IMG/VR virus record: IMGVR_UViG_2910903598_000004
Span: 1 to 64,000 of that record
Strand: one strand, 5' to 3'
DNA: 64,000 bases
Source of the DNA: a virus
Lineage: Duplodnaviria; Caudoviricetes
The notes below the pieces were generated by a model. That model saw only the letters and a program-made list of their open reading frames with translations, ran no database searches and was not told where the DNA came from. Positions 39,726 to 50,763 of this stretch are shown piece by piece (position 1 is the first letter of the stretch; the number at the start of each line of letters is the position of its first letter). The position numbers and the translations under genes were made by a program.

Positions 39726-40322
39726 CTACTCATTACATGGATGAAACTCTATCAAATGACTTTCCGGATCGATCAGACAGATTGGAATTTTGCCTTTTGC
39801 ATAACGTAAGCAGCTTGCAGTTCCACTATTTCTGTCTTTTGTAAAATCCTTATTCAAAGGATATAATCCAACGATCATCTGACTATTATCAACCATTTCT
39901 TTATTCCTTTCTAAAAGTGCTTTAATTTTTCCATCGTTTGTTGATACATCCAATGTTCGAATCTTGGAAACATCTACAATCTTATCTGACATAGATTTCA
40001 TCTTTCGATATTCTTTTTTGCCAAACAGACCTGTTTCATTCCAGAGTTCTTCCTGACCAACAAATGGAATATACACTTCATTTTTTAAGGAATACTCCTT
40101 CTTTAATGAATTTGCTGCCCAAAAAGCAAGCTGATCGATTCCCTGTGCTCCACCTGTAATAACTGTTAAGATTTCATCCGATTCTATTCTACAAAAACCT
40201 CGAAGGAAATCATGAATACAATCTACAAGTTTCTGATATTTTTCCTTGTTTTTGTATCCATACAGTTTATTGGGTCTTGGTCCGGTAAAGCAAATGGTTC
40301 TCATTGTACTGAAATCAGTCAT
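39726..40322 (-). CDS. SLOG-family (YpsA/DUF1273-like) protein
   Basis: CFTGPRP, TGGAQGID, IPF..QE..W, RNKEMVD, SGT. Confidence 0.8.
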   Translation of the reverse strand: MTDFSTMRTICFTGPRPNKLYGYKNKEKYQKLVDCIHDFLRGFCRIESDEILTVITGGAQGIDQLAFWAANSLKKEYSLKNEVYIPFVGQEELWNETGLFGKKEYRKMKSMSDKIVDVSKIRTLDVSTNDGKIKALLERNKEMVDNSQMIVGLYPLNKDFTKDRNSGTASCLRYAKGKIPICLIDPESHLIEFHPCNE

Positions 40323-40869
40323 TTTCTTCCTCACTTTCTGCCTTAACAGCCTTCTTAATCTCTGAAAATCCGTCAAAGAAAGCATTATCAAATATATCTA
40401 ATACAATTTCTGCTTTAGGTTTTAAACAATAATGCCCAAAATTCAAATTTTGAATTTTTTCATTCCAGCTTGTCCAGACAGCATATTCCCCTGTTTTTTT
40501 CTGTACCGCTGAAATCATATATAAATGAGCATCTTGTAGAAGATTGCTTTGTCTTGCAACACTGATTAACTCATAGTTCGGCAGCATTTTTTTGAAATAT
40601 GCATTGATATTTTTTCGTACTTTGTAGCTAACCTCTAAGGTTCTCCATGTACTCATTACCAGATCTTCCGTATACATTAATATGCGGTTTTCATCACTGT
40701 TAATGTCATGGAATTCTCCATTTTTGTCATAAAACTTAATGATTATGGAACCCTTATATTGTCCTCCTACATCTTCAATGGAAGCAAGCTGTGAAGTGAT
40801 CGTATCAATCTGCATAACTTCTCCATCTACTGTTAAAATGTCGCTTGGTTTTAATTCTAAATTCTTCAT
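40315..40869 (-). CDS. Hypothetical protein
   Basis: 184-aa ORF, RBS. Confidence 0.7.
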   Translation of the reverse strand: MKNLELKPSDILTVDGEVMQIDTITSQLASIEDVGGQYKGSIIIKFYDKNGEFHDINSDENRILMYTEDLVMSTWRTLEVSYKVRKNINAYFKKMLPNYELISVARQSNLLQDAHLYMISAVQKKTGEYAVWTSWNEKIQNLNFGHYCLKPKAEIVLDIFDNAFFDGFSEIKKAVKAESEEEND

Positions 40870-41186
40870 AATTTCTCCTTTTCGCTATCGTCGCAGTATG
40901 TATCAAATGTATTATTGATAGTTTGATGCAGTTCGACCAAAGCATTGTTTATTTTTTCTTTGTATGTTTGTTCTGCAGTATCAATGCGTTTCTGGATTTC
41001 TTCGCCCTTTTCTTTGGTCGTGATAAACAGCGGTTTAAACTCGTATCCGGTATAACCTTCTACTGTGATACGATTATTTTTTGTGATGCTTTTGATGTTT
41101 CCACCAAGAATGAATGGCGCACTGTCATATTTCCAAAATCCATACAATGGTTTGTATGGATCGATGCAACTCATATCGATTTTCAT
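40866..41186 (-). CDS. Hypothetical protein
   Basis: Starts immediately after the IscB remnant. Confidence 0.6.
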   Translation of the reverse strand: MKIDMSCIDPYKPLYGFWKYDSAPFILGGNIKSITKNNRITVEGYTGYEFKPLFITTKEKGEEIQKRIDTAEQTYKEKINNALVELHQTINNTFDTYCDDSEKEKL

Positions 41187-41461
41187 AAAAAATAACCTTT
41201 GGCAAGCCAAGTGCGGAAACCCCATTCCTTCAGGTGTGGGGAGGAGCACTCTAACGGCTATGCCATTTCCTTTCTTTGTTCTGTTAGATAACCACGAGGA
41301 GTTTCAAAAAATTGGATTTTTTTATAACTCAGGCTACCTTTGTTTACTTTTTCTTTTTTGTGAACTTGATCACATAACGCAGATGTAATACATCTGTAAT
41401 ATAGCCTTCGCCAATAACTTTTGTCACAAGCCACAGACCTTTACAGTCTGTGGTTATTGAC
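41187..41461 (-). mobile_element. Internally deleted IscB-type remnant
   Basis: GTCAATAACC-hairpin-GGCTTG..ATTGGCGAAGG omegaRNA-like pieces, IscB-like C-terminal fragment, terminal CCCC/GGGG hairpin. Confidence 0.7.
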
Positions 41462-41484
41462 GGTATACACACCCATCCTTTCTG

Positions 41485-41645
41485 AAAATAAAAAAGGGCA
41501 TAAAAAAAACAGACAATAGATATCTGCTTAAATTTATACCCTTATGGTTTAAAGTTCTGTTTTATTATATATTCTTAAAAAAAGTCCTATTTATCCTATT
41601 ATGGACGAGGAATCTAATAAAAATACATTTGTATTATACCATATA
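41485..41645 (-). promoter_or_regulatory. Leader repeat, full copy 9
   Basis: TGGTATAAT -10; 5' hairpin closely related to copy 2. Confidence 0.88.
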
Positions 41646-41703
41646 TATTTGCAAAAAAAAAGAGGCAGACGCATAAAAATACACGTCTGCTTCTTAATCT
41701 TCC

Positions 41704-44151
41704 CTATCGTTTTGATGGGTTTGTCTTGAACATTTTAACAACGCTGTCATACATAGCTTTTCCATACTTGTCTGTATTAGTTTTCATAGATGCAGCTTCG
41801 GATTTGTTGGAGATAAATCCAAACTCTGTCAAAGTAGATGCAGTTTTTGTATGACGTAATACAGCTAATCCAGTACGATCTACCAGTCCTCTGTTCGTAA
41901 ATCCTGTTGCTGCCTTTGTAAAGTTATGTACATTAGCTGCCCACTTATAGGATGTAACTCCATTGGATGCTTTATATCCTTGAGAATTGTATAACGTCTC
42001 TGAACCTTTTGCTGTTGCTCCTGCAGAGTTGATGTGGCAACTAAGGAAGTAATCAGCTCCAACGTTGTTTGCCAGATCACTTCGATCTGTCAAAGATGGA
42101 TAAGTATCAGTGGTTCTTGTGTAATACACTGCATAATTCTTATCCTTATCAAATTGTTTCTTTGCTGCTAAAACAATGCTTAATGTAAGGTCCTTTTCTC
42201 TTAATCTATTTCCTGTTGCTCCAGAATCAGAACCACCATGTCCGGCATCTAAAACTAAGATATTTTTATACATTGTTTTTGGTGTTCCCCATTTGATGTA
42301 AGCATATCCATTGTCAAAAGAAACAGCATATCCACGATAAGAACTAGAGGCTTTTACATAGACATATGTTCTTTTTTTCGTAGAATTATATTTGACTGTA
42401 AATCCTGACATACTACTTTTTGCGTAGCGGTTTGAAGCATTATTAAAATGGCTTACATAATTGCCTGCACAAGACATGAATAATTGACGGCTAGTATACT
42501 TATCTTCAAGATAATAGCTTGTCACTCCGCTAGGTAACTTGATTCTTAAATCATAATTACTCTTAGAAGCTTTTACACGAGCGTTTGGTAATGTTCCCGT
42601 AACTGTATATTTTGTCGTTGTTGGCTTTGTCGCGGTAGTTGTAGTCGTTGGTTTGGCAGTTGTCGTTGTGGGTTTGGCTGTTGTAGTCGTTGTTTCAGGT
42701 TCTTTCACAAAAGCTGGTCTGTCATAGGTAAATGTATTAGAACATCCATCATATACAGATTTCATATTTTTCATATGTTCTGCAATTTCTTCTGCATAAG
42801 AAGGATTTGTTGAATATTGATGCCAGATATTATCCTTTTTCGGATTATATCTCATTTTGAATAGTGTATTCTGCTGATAAACGGTATTATGAATATAATT
42901 ATCAGCAACATACTGTGCAGCTCCATTTAATGCTTTGTCAACACTTGTCCATCCCATATAATACGCATAGGAAGAACCACAAAGCTGCGGATCACTGTCA
43001 TATGCCTTGATTCCATACAGATTATATACTGTTGTTTCCGGAATTGTTTTTGTAATATATTTTCCATTAACTTTCTGGAATCCTGTTACATTTCCATTGG
43101 CATCTTTTTTTACACTATCGCCTGTAATGACCTTCGTAATAGCTTTCTTACTTAATGCACTTGTTCCGTATGCAGATTCATTAATCGTCTGGGATACTAA
43201 GTACACTGGATCAATCTTTTCTTTTTTAGCAGCTGCAATGATTGCACTTGCTTTTCCTTTTAACACGCTGTTATTTTTATTTTGTAATAACTCATCCAGT
43301 TTTTTCGCAAATGCAGATTCATTTACATTATGATAAACATCAATTTTCATATACTGTTCATCATTTACTGTTGATGTAATTTTTTTCTGATATGCATTTT
43401 CATCAAACGTTTGATTGTTATACTTAGGAACAGCTTTGCTCTGTTCTTTCGCATACGCAGATGCTGTCATATCATAGGATGTTGTTACTTTTTTGTTTAC
43501 AACTTCCGGCTTAGTTTCTGTTGGTTTTGCCGTTGTTGTTGTGGGTTTCACTGCCGTTGTTGTAGGCTTCGTTGTAGCTGTAGTTGCATTATTAGAACCA
43601 CCTGACTGACTGGCCGCACTCATGCAGCCTGCACGTTTCGTAGCATTCCATTTATAGCTAATGCCTAAATTTTTGGCTGTCCATGATCCCGGCACCATAA
43701 TGTAATTAGTTTTGTTGCCGTAGTTATATACTTTTCGTGGAGCTGTAGACATTGTTGTTTTTTTGCCATTGATATAAGCAGTCTTACTATCGACTGTCAT
43801 TTTAATGGTTGTATTATATCTGCTTAATGTAAAAGTATCTCCACTGTTTTTATATAATACTTTGGGACCCTCCGCCTGTCCAAAAATCCAGTAGGCAGAA
43901 TACATTGCATTGGAATCCTCATCAATGTATCCAGGCATTTTTGTACCTAGAATCTTATCATTCCATCTTGCATCCACTGCACTCTTTTTATAAGTCTTAT
44001 TGTTATGCAGATACTTGACTTGTACTGTATCTCCAGCTTTGAAGGAATTTGCAGCATAAACCATGTTGACCCCTCCTCCAAATCCTGTTCCTAATGCAGT
44101 TACCAGACTCATTGCCATTGCCATGAATCGTTTACATGTTCCTTTTTTCAT
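41704..44151 (-). CDS. Secreted bifunctional peptidoglycan hydrolase (GH73 glucosaminidase + Amidase_3)
   Basis: Signal peptide; NESAYG, YNLYGIKAYD, QNTLFKMRYNP; LDAGHGG, EKD, HINS, EFGFISN; Thr-rich linkers. Confidence 0.9.
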   Translation of the reverse strand: MKKGTCKRFMAMAMSLVTALGTGFGGGVNMVYAANSFKAGDTVQVKYLHNNKTYKKSAVDARWNDKILGTKMPGYIDEDSNAMYSAYWIFGQAEGPKVLYKNSGDTFTLSRYNTTIKMTVDSKTAYINGKKTTMSTAPRKVYNYGNKTNYIMVPGSWTAKNLGISYKWNATKRAGCMSAASQSGGSNNATTATTKPTTTAVKPTTTTAKPTETKPEVVNKKVTTSYDMTASAYAKEQSKAVPKYNNQTFDENAYQKKITSTVNDEQYMKIDVYHNVNESAFAKKLDELLQNKNNSVLKGKASAIIAAAKKEKIDPVYLVSQTINESAYGTSALSKKAITKVITGDSVKKDANGNVTGFQKVNGKYITKTIPETTVYNLYGIKAYDSDPQLCGSSYAYYMGWTSVDKALNGAAQYVADNYIHNTVYQQNTLFKMRYNPKKDNIWHQYSTNPSYAEEIAEHMKNMKSVYDGCSNTFTYDRPAFVKEPETTTTTAKPTTTTAKPTTTTTATKPTTTKYTVTGTLPNARVKASKSNYDLRIKLPSGVTSYYLEDKYTSRQLFMSCAGNYVSHFNNASNRYAKSSMSGFTVKYNSTKKRTYVYVKASSSYRGYAVSFDNGYAYIKWGTPKTMYKNILVLDAGHGGSDSGATGNRLREKDLTLSIVLAAKKQFDKDKNYAVYYTRTTDTYPSLTDRSDLANNVGADYFLSCHINSAGATAKGSETLYNSQGYKASNGVTSYKWAANVHNFTKAATGFTNRGLVDRTGLAVLRHTKTASTLTEFGFISNKSEAASMKTNTDKYGKAMYDSVVKMFKTNPSKR

Positions 44152-44171
44152 AACCTATACTTCCTCCTTAT

Positions 44172-44678
44172 TTAAAATACCGCAATAATTTGCTTATTGG
44201 CTTGTCCTGCTTTGGCTTTGTACCGAATTGTTACTTTTGTTCCAGGATTTAAATCTTCTAACTTCTTAATTAAATCCTCTTTTTCAACGATCATCACTTC
44301 ATAACTTCCATCAGACATTTTCATTTCCACACTATTTGTGTCAGAAAATCCGTTATAAGTAACCGTCGCCTTAACTGCAGCTTTTTGTTCGTCTTTTTTA
44401 GTAGCAATTGGTGTTTCTGTTGTTGCTTTGGTTGTTTTTTTCGCTGTGCTTGTTGTTGTGCTTGTCGTCACTTTGGTTGTAGCTTCTGTCGTAGCTGACG
44501 ATGTTATTGTCTGCTGATCTTTATTTTTTGAAATATTTTCCTTTTCCGTGGTTGATGCAACTTCTGTAGTTTTAGTAGTTGCTTTTTGTTTTTTCTTTGC
44601 AGATCCACATCCACTTAACACCGCAAGACTTAATACCGCAATAAAAAGACCAATAACTCGTATTCTTTTTTTACTCAT
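44172..44678 (-). CDS. Lipoprotein
   Basis: LSGC lipobox, Thr-rich linker. Confidence 0.8.
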   Translation of the reverse strand: MSKKRIRVIGLFIAVLSLAVLSGCGSAKKKQKATTKTTEVASTTEKENISKNKDQQTITSSATTEATTKVTTSTTTSTAKKTTKATTETPIATKKDEQKAAVKATVTYNGFSDTNSVEMKMSDGSYEVMIVEKEDLIKKLEDLNPGTKVTIRYKAKAGQANKQIIAVF

Positions 44679-44726
44679 ATCATTGTCACCTCCTCTCTGA
44701 TCGACTGATTATTAACAGGTATATAT

Positions 44727-44892
44727 ATAAATAAAAGCATAAAAAAAACAGACCATTCGTCTGCTTAATCTATGCTTCTATATCAAAAATATTGAATTGT
44801 AATACATAATTTCTCTAAAACTTTATTCCTTAAAAAAGTCCAAACTATCCCTGTTGTTTTGGAATCTAATAAATTAATTACATTATAACACA
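44727..44892 (-). promoter_or_regulatory. Leader repeat, full copy 10
   Basis: TGTTATAAT -10; TTATTAGATTCC..GGACTTTTTT; CAGAC/GTCTG hairpin. Confidence 0.8.
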
Positions 44893-44992
44893 TTTTAAGC
44901 TTTCAGAAAACAAAAAAAGAGCTGCACAAAAATGTGCAACTCCCTTTCCATTATTTAAATAATTTTGGCCTTTTATAAGGCGTTTTCCATTC

Positions 44993-45793
44993 TTACATAA
45001 TCGTATCGGACATTACATCCAAAAATTTCTTATAATTTTTATTCCTTGAGCAATCTGGGATCGCAAAGATGATTTTTTCAAAAGTCCAAAATTCTTCAAT
45101 CAAAAGTCTTTTGAAAATCTGTGCAACTTCTGTTGCATCCTGACCAAAAACTCCCGCTCCGTAAGCACCCAAAATAAGCGTGTCTACTTTTTCTTTTTCT
45201 GCAATATGTAAGACAAAACGAATTCTTGACTCTAATGCATTATAGTTTTCTTCATCTGATACATGACAATATTTCTGTGCTGCCGATTTGTTTGGTGCAG
45301 CACATGTAATTACATCACAAAGTGTCCCTACACTATCATTTGTAAATACAACATCAGGAGAATACAATGCTCGATTTTCATATAATGCACGATTCTTGTG
45401 CTTATCATTCCAAGCGTAATAGTCTTTGAATTCAGATAATACATTGTATAAAAACGATGCATGGCATAAACTTTCTTCCTGAGCACTGCTACCTTGTAAA
45501 AACATTCCGCCGGCATTTTTATAGCTGGCAAAGTTAAGAATTGCCGTCCTTTTTTCTTTCCTTTTGTAACGAAATATTGCAGACACCGTATCCAGATCAA
45601 CAACGGAAACTTCTCTTGTCAATACTGGATTTAATTCATCAAATGTATTTGTATCATCATATAATTTTGTATTTCGAACACATTGTTCAATATGATCTGA
45701 AAAAACATAAGCCATATTTTTTGTATGGAGATAAGCTCTTTCTTTTCTTTCGTCTCTATTTTCCCAATAATGGGCATTACGATTATGATTCAT
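44993..45793 (-). CDS. TIGR02452/DUF2263 bacterial PARG-like macrodomain
   Basis: LNFASYKNAGG...G.SAQEESLC, LILGAYGAGVF. Confidence 0.88.
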   Translation of the reverse strand: MNHNRNAHYWENRDERKERAYLHTKNMAYVFSDHIEQCVRNTKLYDDTNTFDELNPVLTREVSVVDLDTVSAIFRYKRKEKRTAILNFASYKNAGGMFLQGSSAQEESLCHASFLYNVLSEFKDYYAWNDKHKNRALYENRALYSPDVVFTNDSVGTLCDVITCAAPNKSAAQKYCHVSDEENYNALESRIRFVLHIAEKEKVDTLILGAYGAGVFGQDATEVAQIFKRLLIEEFWTFEKIIFAIPDCSRNKNYKKFLDVMSDTIM

Positions 45794-45867
45794 TAGTATT
45801 CTTCCTTTCTTATATAATATAAATTTCTCTGATTTCAACTTCAATACTTTGTTATACATCTCAATGG

Positions 45868-46821
45868 CTAATCATTACCTAAATCATCAAAATGAATTCC
45901 AAATTCATTGTAAAATTTTTCTTCATCATAACAATCAGTGAGATCTTGGATGTTTGGATGCTGCCAATCAACAAAATCAAATAAGGCTTTGGCAATGTTT
46001 TTGTATCCATTGCATTCCTTCAAGAAATCATTTCCTGTATAGCAATTTTTCAAAATATCATTCAAATTTTCCCCTGTCGCTACGACTCCAAGGTTCAATT
46101 TATTAAGATAAATATCAGGAATATAAATAATATTATCGGATACTTCAAATTCTCCTTTATAAATCAAACATTCCTGACCATCAGTAAAATCAAAAATTTC
46201 TTCAAGACATTCTCCCTGTTTTAATCTTGCTGCCAACTCTCTTTTATTAATCATATTTTTTTCTTTCGCTTCATCAGATACGATATTATCTTCTTTTTTG
46301 TCTGCCATATTTAAGACTTGTCTTCCAAATTTTAAAGCCTTTTCAATAAGCTCAAATTCCCTTTCTGCACACAAAGCATTATAATTTCCATAAATGGAAT
46401 CTCTACAAAAGATGATTGTATGGGGAAATATATAATTATTTGCCACATTAAAAAAATGACGATCCATAACATCAGTATTCAAGTAATCACGAAATGTTTT
46501 CAGAATTTCTTTTTCAGATTTCTCATCTTTTGCCTGTAAGATATACAGATCATCATTACTTGATATATCTGTATGTAAGATGCGAGTAAGAAGATAATCA
46601 TTGCTAATAATTTGATCATTATTTTTATGATTCTTAATCATTGGATCACTGGTATAAATTCCATATTTTTTAAAACATAACTTTGCTTTGTCCATTGAAT
46701 CTAAATGTGCTTGATGCATATTTGCATCATAATCATCCGTAAATTTTTTTCCATCCGTTGTAACATATTTTGTTATTGGCATTGTTACTACATCTTCTAT
46801 TTTTTTAATTTTTTTGTTCAT
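45868..46821 (-). CDS. Hypothetical protein
   Basis: AAGGAG RBS; long ORF. Confidence 0.7.
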   Translation of the reverse strand: MNKKIKKIEDVVTMPITKYVTTDGKKFTDDYDANMHQAHLDSMDKAKLCFKKYGIYTSDPMIKNHKNNDQIISNDYLLTRILHTDISSNDDLYILQAKDEKSEKEILKTFRDYLNTDVMDRHFFNVANNYIFPHTIIFCRDSIYGNYNALCAEREFELIEKALKFGRQVLNMADKKEDNIVSDEAKEKNMINKRELAARLKQGECLEEIFDFTDGQECLIYKGEFEVSDNIIYIPDIYLNKLNLGVVATGENLNDILKNCYTGNDFLKECNGYKNIAKALFDFVDWQHPNIQDLTDCYDEEKFYNEFGIHFDDLGND

Positions 46822-46922
46822 AATTTTCTCCTTAATTAATATTTTCAATTTTTGTATGATTTTATAGAACAGCGTCCGTAATAAGCTATTTTTTAAGATA
46901 CTCTGCGGGAATTCTCGGCCAT

Positions 46923-47483
46923 TCAATGTAATCTTTCATATTCAGATTGCAATTCTTCTATTTTCTTCTTCAATTTCTGCTTTTGATTCTCTTTTAAATC
47001 TTTAGAATTCTCTATACTTTTTGGAAATTTACTTTTCCATCTAGCATAATCTTCTAAAATTCTTTCTCTCTCTTCTTGCGTATCTACCAATTTACTTTCA
47101 ATTTTTTTACATATATAAGCATCATGCCATTTAGATAAATAATCATACATACGATTTTCAGAATTCGCCACAACTGCATATTTAACATTTCCATCATCAT
47201 CTACAATTTTTTTAATAGTCATTCCATATTTTTCTTCCATTTCAAAGAAAAAAAACATGGTACTTAAATCATCACATGGTGTTGGATCATATAATGTAGC
47301 AGCATTAACATCCAAAGCATTTGCTATCCGAAATATCATGGAGACTTTTGGATTTCTTGCTCCATTTTCATATTTTTGAATTCGATCTGCTGTCAATCCC
47401 AGCTTTTCACCTAACTCAGATTGAGACAGACCATTTAGAATCCTAATATTTCTTATTCTTTTTCCGATTTCCGTTTTGCTCAT
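46923..47483 (-). CDS. XRE-family HTH regulator
   Basis: IGKRIRNIR..GLSQSELG..IQKYENGARNP..IANALDV. Confidence 0.88.
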   Translation of the reverse strand: MSKTEIGKRIRNIRILNGLSQSELGEKLGLTADRIQKYENGARNPKVSMIFRIANALDVNAATLYDPTPCDDLSTMFFFFEMEEKYGMTIKKIVDDDGNVKYAVVANSENRMYDYLSKWHDAYICKKIESKLVDTQEERERILEDYARWKSKFPKSIENSKDLKENQKQKLKKKIEELQSEYERLH

Positions 47484-47563
47484 TATAAGTAAACAAAAGA
47501 GACTTATCATCTAAGCCTCTTTTGCCCCACTGTAGAGTGAGCCTCCTTTCTTATCAAAAATTT

Positions 47564-48376
47564 TCACATAATAACACATAATAAATATGCGATTGGATTT
47601 GTTTCTTTTAATTTTTCCCATGGAATCTTACATGCACGACATTTCGCATTACGAATCTTTTCCATAATTTCCGGAACAGAATCGTAAATAGATGCAATTT
47701 TAGGACAAAGTGCCGACTCACCAATCTTAATACTTCCATCTGGTGCAATAACTGGTGTACAAACCTTGCCATTAGATAAAAGTATATTGACCAAATCCTT
47801 CAATGTTGCTTCTGGTTTCTGCTTTGTAATCAAAATGCAATTGATACATTTAGGTGCAATCGTATTCCAATATTCATCGGAATAATTCTTCAAAGCACGT
47901 CCTTGTGGATACAAACAGTGAGATTTATTGTTTTTATCCGAAGGCACCGTATCAATAATAACTCCTAACTTAGATAACCAATATTTTTCATTATCTGTTA
48001 ATGGATCGGGATAAAATCTCGGATCATCTGTCACCTGGATCATAACATATCGTTTTCCACAGTGTTTCAAGAACTCTGAAACTGCATGATAAATTTTTTT
48101 GTTACGAACAAGTTCACGACCATTTGTTGCAAATGTGATTGGATACTTAATCGGTAATGTCTTCCAATATGATTCGATAAGTGACAGCATCTTCAAAATA
48201 TCTGGATGTTCAAACATTTCTCCACCTGAAAAACTCCACGTTGGAATCTGATTTTTGATCATAAATTTTAATACATCTTCAAATACTTCCAGTGTCATAT
48301 GTTCTCCATCCGGTTTGCAGTCTGATAAACAATGCGTACATCCCATTTTACAAGCATATGTAACTTCTACTAACAT
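47564..48376 (-). CDS. Radical SAM protein
   Basis: CKMGCTHC, SGGE, TNG, additional C-terminal Cys. Confidence 0.88.
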   Translation of the reverse strand: MLVEVTYACKMGCTHCLSDCKPDGEHMTLEVFEDVLKFMIKNQIPTWSFSGGEMFEHPDILKMLSLIESYWKTLPIKYPITFATNGRELVRNKKIYHAVSEFLKHCGKRYVMIQVTDDPRFYPDPLTDNEKYWLSKLGVIIDTVPSDKNNKSHCLYPQGRALKNYSDEYWNTIAPKCINCILITKQKPEATLKDLVNILLSNGKVCTPVIAPDGSIKIGESALCPKIASIYDSVPEIMEKIRNAKCRACKIPWEKLKETNPIAYLLCVIM

Positions 48377-48434
48377 GATTTCTTTCTCCTTAATCTTCAA
48401 TTTAGCTTAGAGGCTTTAATCAATCACTAATCTT

Positions 48435-49253
48435 TTAAATTAATGGATCTTCTCCCTCTAACCACTGATGAAATTTTCCATTTTCTTCTTTGTATTTCTT
48501 CTGTTTCTCTTGATACCATCGTTTAGACAACTCGAAAATCAAATCTAAATAGCAGCGTTTGCTAGAAACATATTTTGAAGCAATCTTGCTTAATTCAGGA
48601 ATCACATAAAAATCAGCTTTTTTAAGGCAATCATAAAAAATCAATAATTCCTCATCTGTATAATCTTCAAAAAGATTTTTTTCCGGAGAAATCTTCTGTT
48701 GTTTTTCTTCTGCTGCCAGAAAAATATTCAAAGCATTTGTAATATCCTCTTGCATCTCTATATCGTCAAGAAAAAGAGCTTTTGATCTCGCTTTATTAAG
48801 CATTCCAAGTCCCTCTTTGATCAAAGTCTTAATTTCTTCACGTTCCTTTTCCATCCCATCTTTAGGATTTTCAATTTCAGGACCATAAACATTTTTGAAA
48901 AGTTCTGTATATCTTTGTATCTGATATTTCCAACTAGAACAATCAAATACAATGTAAAAATACTCTCCATAATCTTCTATCGAATCGTCTGTTCGAATTA
49001 ATTGGTTGTTTTGTGCAATTTCCAAAACTTTTTTCAAAATATTTGTTCTGATTCTAAAATATTTCTTTGGACCTAATTCCATTGGAATCTCATATTTTAC
49101 TAATATAATAACCTGATAAATATTGTCATATAGTCCGTTTAGATCAAATTCTACTTTTGTTATTCTACTAAGCCGTAAAAAATCTTTCTCTAGCTTTTGA
49201 CATTTATCAAGTATGTTGAATCTTTCTGCAATTTTTATTTCCTTTTCTTCCAT
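48435..49253 (-). CDS. Hypothetical protein
   Basis: AAGGAG RBS. Confidence 0.7.
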   Translation of the reverse strand: MEEKEIKIAERFNILDKCQKLEKDFLRLSRITKVEFDLNGLYDNIYQVIILVKYEIPMELGPKKYFRIRTNILKKVLEIAQNNQLIRTDDSIEDYGEYFYIVFDCSSWKYQIQRYTELFKNVYGPEIENPKDGMEKEREEIKTLIKEGLGMLNKARSKALFLDDIEMQEDITNALNIFLAAEEKQQKISPEKNLFEDYTDEELLIFYDCLKKADFYVIPELSKIASKYVSSKRCYLDLIFELSKRWYQEKQKKYKEENGKFHQWLEGEDPLI

Positions 49254-49336
49254 GTGTTTTTCTCCTTTAGTAAAAAAGCGGTATGAGATTTATACTCACA
49301 CCGCTTTTAGTTATTTCTTAATATTCTTTCAAAATT

Positions 49337-50185
49337 CTAATTTTCTCCTGATTTTATAAGAAAATCAGTATGACAATCTGATTGAGCAATCACTGTACAA
49401 CCATGATTTGATAATATTTTGTTGATACGTTCATTTTCTGCATTTTCAACTTTTTCTTCTAATTCTTCATAATCAATTTCATCTTTATGACCTGGAATCT
49501 CAATATCCAGATCTTCTAAGATTTCATTCATTGCATCATAAATAGAAATATCCGGATTATCAAGCTGTCCTCCATCAATTTCTGAATAATCAGAAGTATA
49601 AAGTGTATAATCGTAACCATCTTCTGATTTCTGAATCATAAAATAGTTATCTCCAATTTTGCAGGCCAATGAATTTTTGCATGATATAGACTTATTCTTT
49701 ACATTTTTAATAGATTCCCATTGTCCTGACGATAAATTAAAATAAAACCGTTGTGAATCAATTTCATAATCATCATTTCTATCATAAAAATGAATGACCA
49801 TAGCACAGGCAGCATATAGATCTCCATTTTTCTCTCTTGGAAGATTATCAATAGAAAAATTAACGCTCCATATACGATCGTCTAATTTTAGAGTTGATAA
49901 CTTTTCTGCAGCCCGTTTCATCAAATAAGAAATATCTTCATTTTCAATCTTTTCAGTCATATGTATGAAATATAGCATATCATCTTCAAAAGTATAATCA
50001 TAATAATATCCATCACGCATATAAACCGTATAAATCTTCAAGTTTGATAAGTTATATTTTATAGCCTGTTCTCTTGCAAGATTTAAAACGTCTCTAGCCA
50101 TTACGGCTCCTTCTGTAATGAATAATTTTGCTCCTTCATCCGTTATTTCAATCTTCCAATTTTTAATAGTGTTCTTATTTTGCAT
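49337..50185 (-). CDS. Protein with C-terminal LPD16-like domain
   Basis: IQKSEDGYDYTLY..DYSEIDGGQLDNPD; N-terminus paralogous to 57740..58462. Confidence 0.7.
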   Translation of the reverse strand: MQNKNTIKNWKIEITDEGAKLFITEGAVMARDVLNLAREQAIKYNLSNLKIYTVYMRDGYYYDYTFEDDMLYFIHMTEKIENEDISYLMKRAAEKLSTLKLDDRIWSVNFSIDNLPREKNGDLYAACAMVIHFYDRNDDYEIDSQRFYFNLSSGQWESIKNVKNKSISCKNSLACKIGDNYFMIQKSEDGYDYTLYTSDYSEIDGGQLDNPDISIYDAMNEILEDLDIEIPGHKDEIDYEELEEKVENAENERINKILSNHGCTVIAQSDCHTDFLIKSGEN

Positions 50186-50271
50186 TTTGTCCTCTTCCTT
50201 TCTAAAAAAAATCCAGTATATCCGACAATCTGTCTGAATATACTGGATCAATAATGATTCTAAGTTCTTTC

Positions 50272-50715
50272 TTAATTAAATGGGAGTTCATCCTCCAGTC
50301 CATCAGGGATGTTCATAAAACCATCACTTGCTGCCGTACTTGGCTGAGGTGTGCTTGGCTGTGAAGCTCCCCTATTATTGTTCTGGGATGCAGCTGCTTT
50401 GCTCTCTGCAAATTCCTGTTCTTCGATCACAACTTCTGTTGTGTAAACTTTCACACCCTCACGGTTTGTATAACTTCCTGTCTGGATTCTTCCGGAAACA
50501 GCAATCTTTGTACCCTGTTTGAAATACTTCTCTGCAAATTCTGCTGATTTTCCAAACGCTAAACAGTTAATAAAATCTGCACTCTGCTCACCATCTCTTT
50601 TGAATCGTCTGTCTACCGCTAATGTGTATCGTGCGATTGCCATAGGATTTTCTCCCTGTGAGTATCTTACATCTGGATCTCTTGTTAATCTTCCCATTAA
50701 AATTGCTTTATTCAT
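50272..50715 (-). CDS. ssb: Single-stranded DNA-binding protein
   Basis: MNKAILMGRLTRDP..ADFI..GRIQT..ELPFN. Confidence 0.97.
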   Translation of the reverse strand: MNKAILMGRLTRDPDVRYSQGENPMAIARYTLAVDRRFKRDGEQSADFINCLAFGKSAEFAEKYFKQGTKIAVSGRIQTGSYTNREGVKVYTTEVVIEEQEFAESKAAASQNNNRGASQPSTPQPSTAASDGFMNIPDGLEDELPFN

Positions 50716-50763
50716 TGTTTCTTTCTCCTTTTCTTTATAACTAATTTTTTGACTTCTTTTTAG

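Noticed and set aside
42600-43590. GTT/GTC-rich tandem repeats as DNA repeat elements
   Set aside because: They encode Thr-rich (AKPTTTT) linkers of the hydrolase.
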